Source: Haplodiscus bocki
Taxonomy: Eukaryota
Reading direction: 5' to 3'
Length of the DNA stretch: 64,000 bases
Assembly (NCBI GenBank): GCA_965655095.1
Contig: OZ296651.1
Span: 49,104,001-49,168,000, forward strand
Shown here: positions 63,050-64,000 of the stretch, one piece after another
How the letters are laid out: every line of letters begins with the position of its first letter
Numbering within the stretch: the first letter of the stretch is position 1
Translations under genes and position numbers: made by a program
Notes under the pieces: generated by a model
Database searches by the model: none
The model's input: only the letters and a program-made list of their open reading frames with translations
What the model was told of the DNA's origin: nothing

Positions 63050-64000
63050 TTACTGTGTGTTGAAAAAATATGTTTAATTGTGCAGATCCATGATCATGCG
63101 AAATACTGGGACAAAGTACAGAAATTTGGCAGCAGGACATGAGAAGCAATATAGAAAAGGTCTGATGAACATATACACAACTGGTCCTAATTGGGATAAC
63201 ATTTCAAAAAAAAACAATTTCATCATCTTTTGCAAAAACATAAACTGAAGCCGTTAGCGGAAACAAGACAAGGAGTTCAAATCGATGATTCAGTAAAAGT
63301 TCACAACCCGAATCCAACTAGAAAACCATTCACTTTGAAAAAATTAATCCGCTGGCAAATAAACGACAGCGAAAATTCGTCTATCAGCCGATACGAAGGA
63401 AGTGACAAAAGTCCCGGAAAAGTATAAAACTCTATATGAGGCCCCAGAGAAAAAGCAAATCTCACCGATATAGTGCTTTTACATTGATTGAGAGTGAAGA
63501 ATTTTGTAGATCAGGAAATCTTTATATCGATTATTTTGCACCAAAATTACCTTCTAGTACTGGCGTAGGGAACGTATAGCACAAACTTTAAAGTATTTCA
63601 CTATATTTATCTTAAAACAGCTTCGGTTTCAGGGAAACTGTTATTCGCGCATCGAGAATGATGGGATACGCCGTACCTACCAATTTGAATTTTACGATGT
63701 TTGTACTACGCCATAACAGGATGCCAAAATAAAAAAGGTATCCAGTTTAATAGCGACAGACGGAAAAGCAAAACAAACGAGCTGCATAAGCATTCAATCT
63801 TTGATTCGCTTCGAAAAACAAAAATTGTTTTTAGAGGGAATGCTTTGAGTTAGGACAAATATGCAATCGAGAGCACGGAGCACACTATTCGGAAAGAAGA
63901 TTCATGGAAATAAAACAAAAATTAATTCCACAACTTTTTTATTTTCAGAAATTATCAAAAAGACCGAGAAAATGGACGCAACCCCGAACAAACATACCTT
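63050..64000 (+). mobile_element. Possible decayed LINE ORF2 fragment
   Basis: Weak ordered remnants: 'HDHAKYWD' (NAH...W-like), 'KSPG' (K.PG.D-like), and a Q...R.T-like segment at ~63855-63880. Confidence 0.3.

Overview
AT-rich, repeat-dominated animal (invertebrate-type) genomic DNA with three ~200-nt N blocks. Most of the window is decayed transposable elements: BEL/Pao, Gypsy, CR1/L2- and I-type LINEs, a probable Penelope, a possible Maverick/Polinton ATPase relic, and Helitron/Helentron-like non-autonomous elements. Three probable exons of a minus-strand host gene are present, one carrying a CSPP1-like 'FGRSGGGAPIKDKDGRLITG' motif; if they belong to one gene they enclose a ~29-kb TE-filled intron. 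The only young, near-intact element is a compact full-length CR1/L2-group non-LTR retrotransposon (28916-32439, minus strand). Its PHD-finger ORF1 and APE-RT ORF2 lie in one continuous 3348-nt reading frame, separated only by UGA in the canonical readthrough context UGA-CUAG, which suggests ORF2 is made as an ORF1-ORF2 fusion by stop-codon readthrough. The same element is bracketed at both ends by (TTCTA)n repeats identical to its own 3' tail, pointing to microsatellite or self-tail targeting. Next to it is an old 12.4-kb env-bearing Gypsy provirus (33711-46136) with 1.4-kb LTRs, a tRNA-Leu-like PBS, an apparently deleted integrase and extra 3' ORF space. All homology calls come from motif recognition by eye; no database searches were run, and boundaries of decayed relics are approximate.
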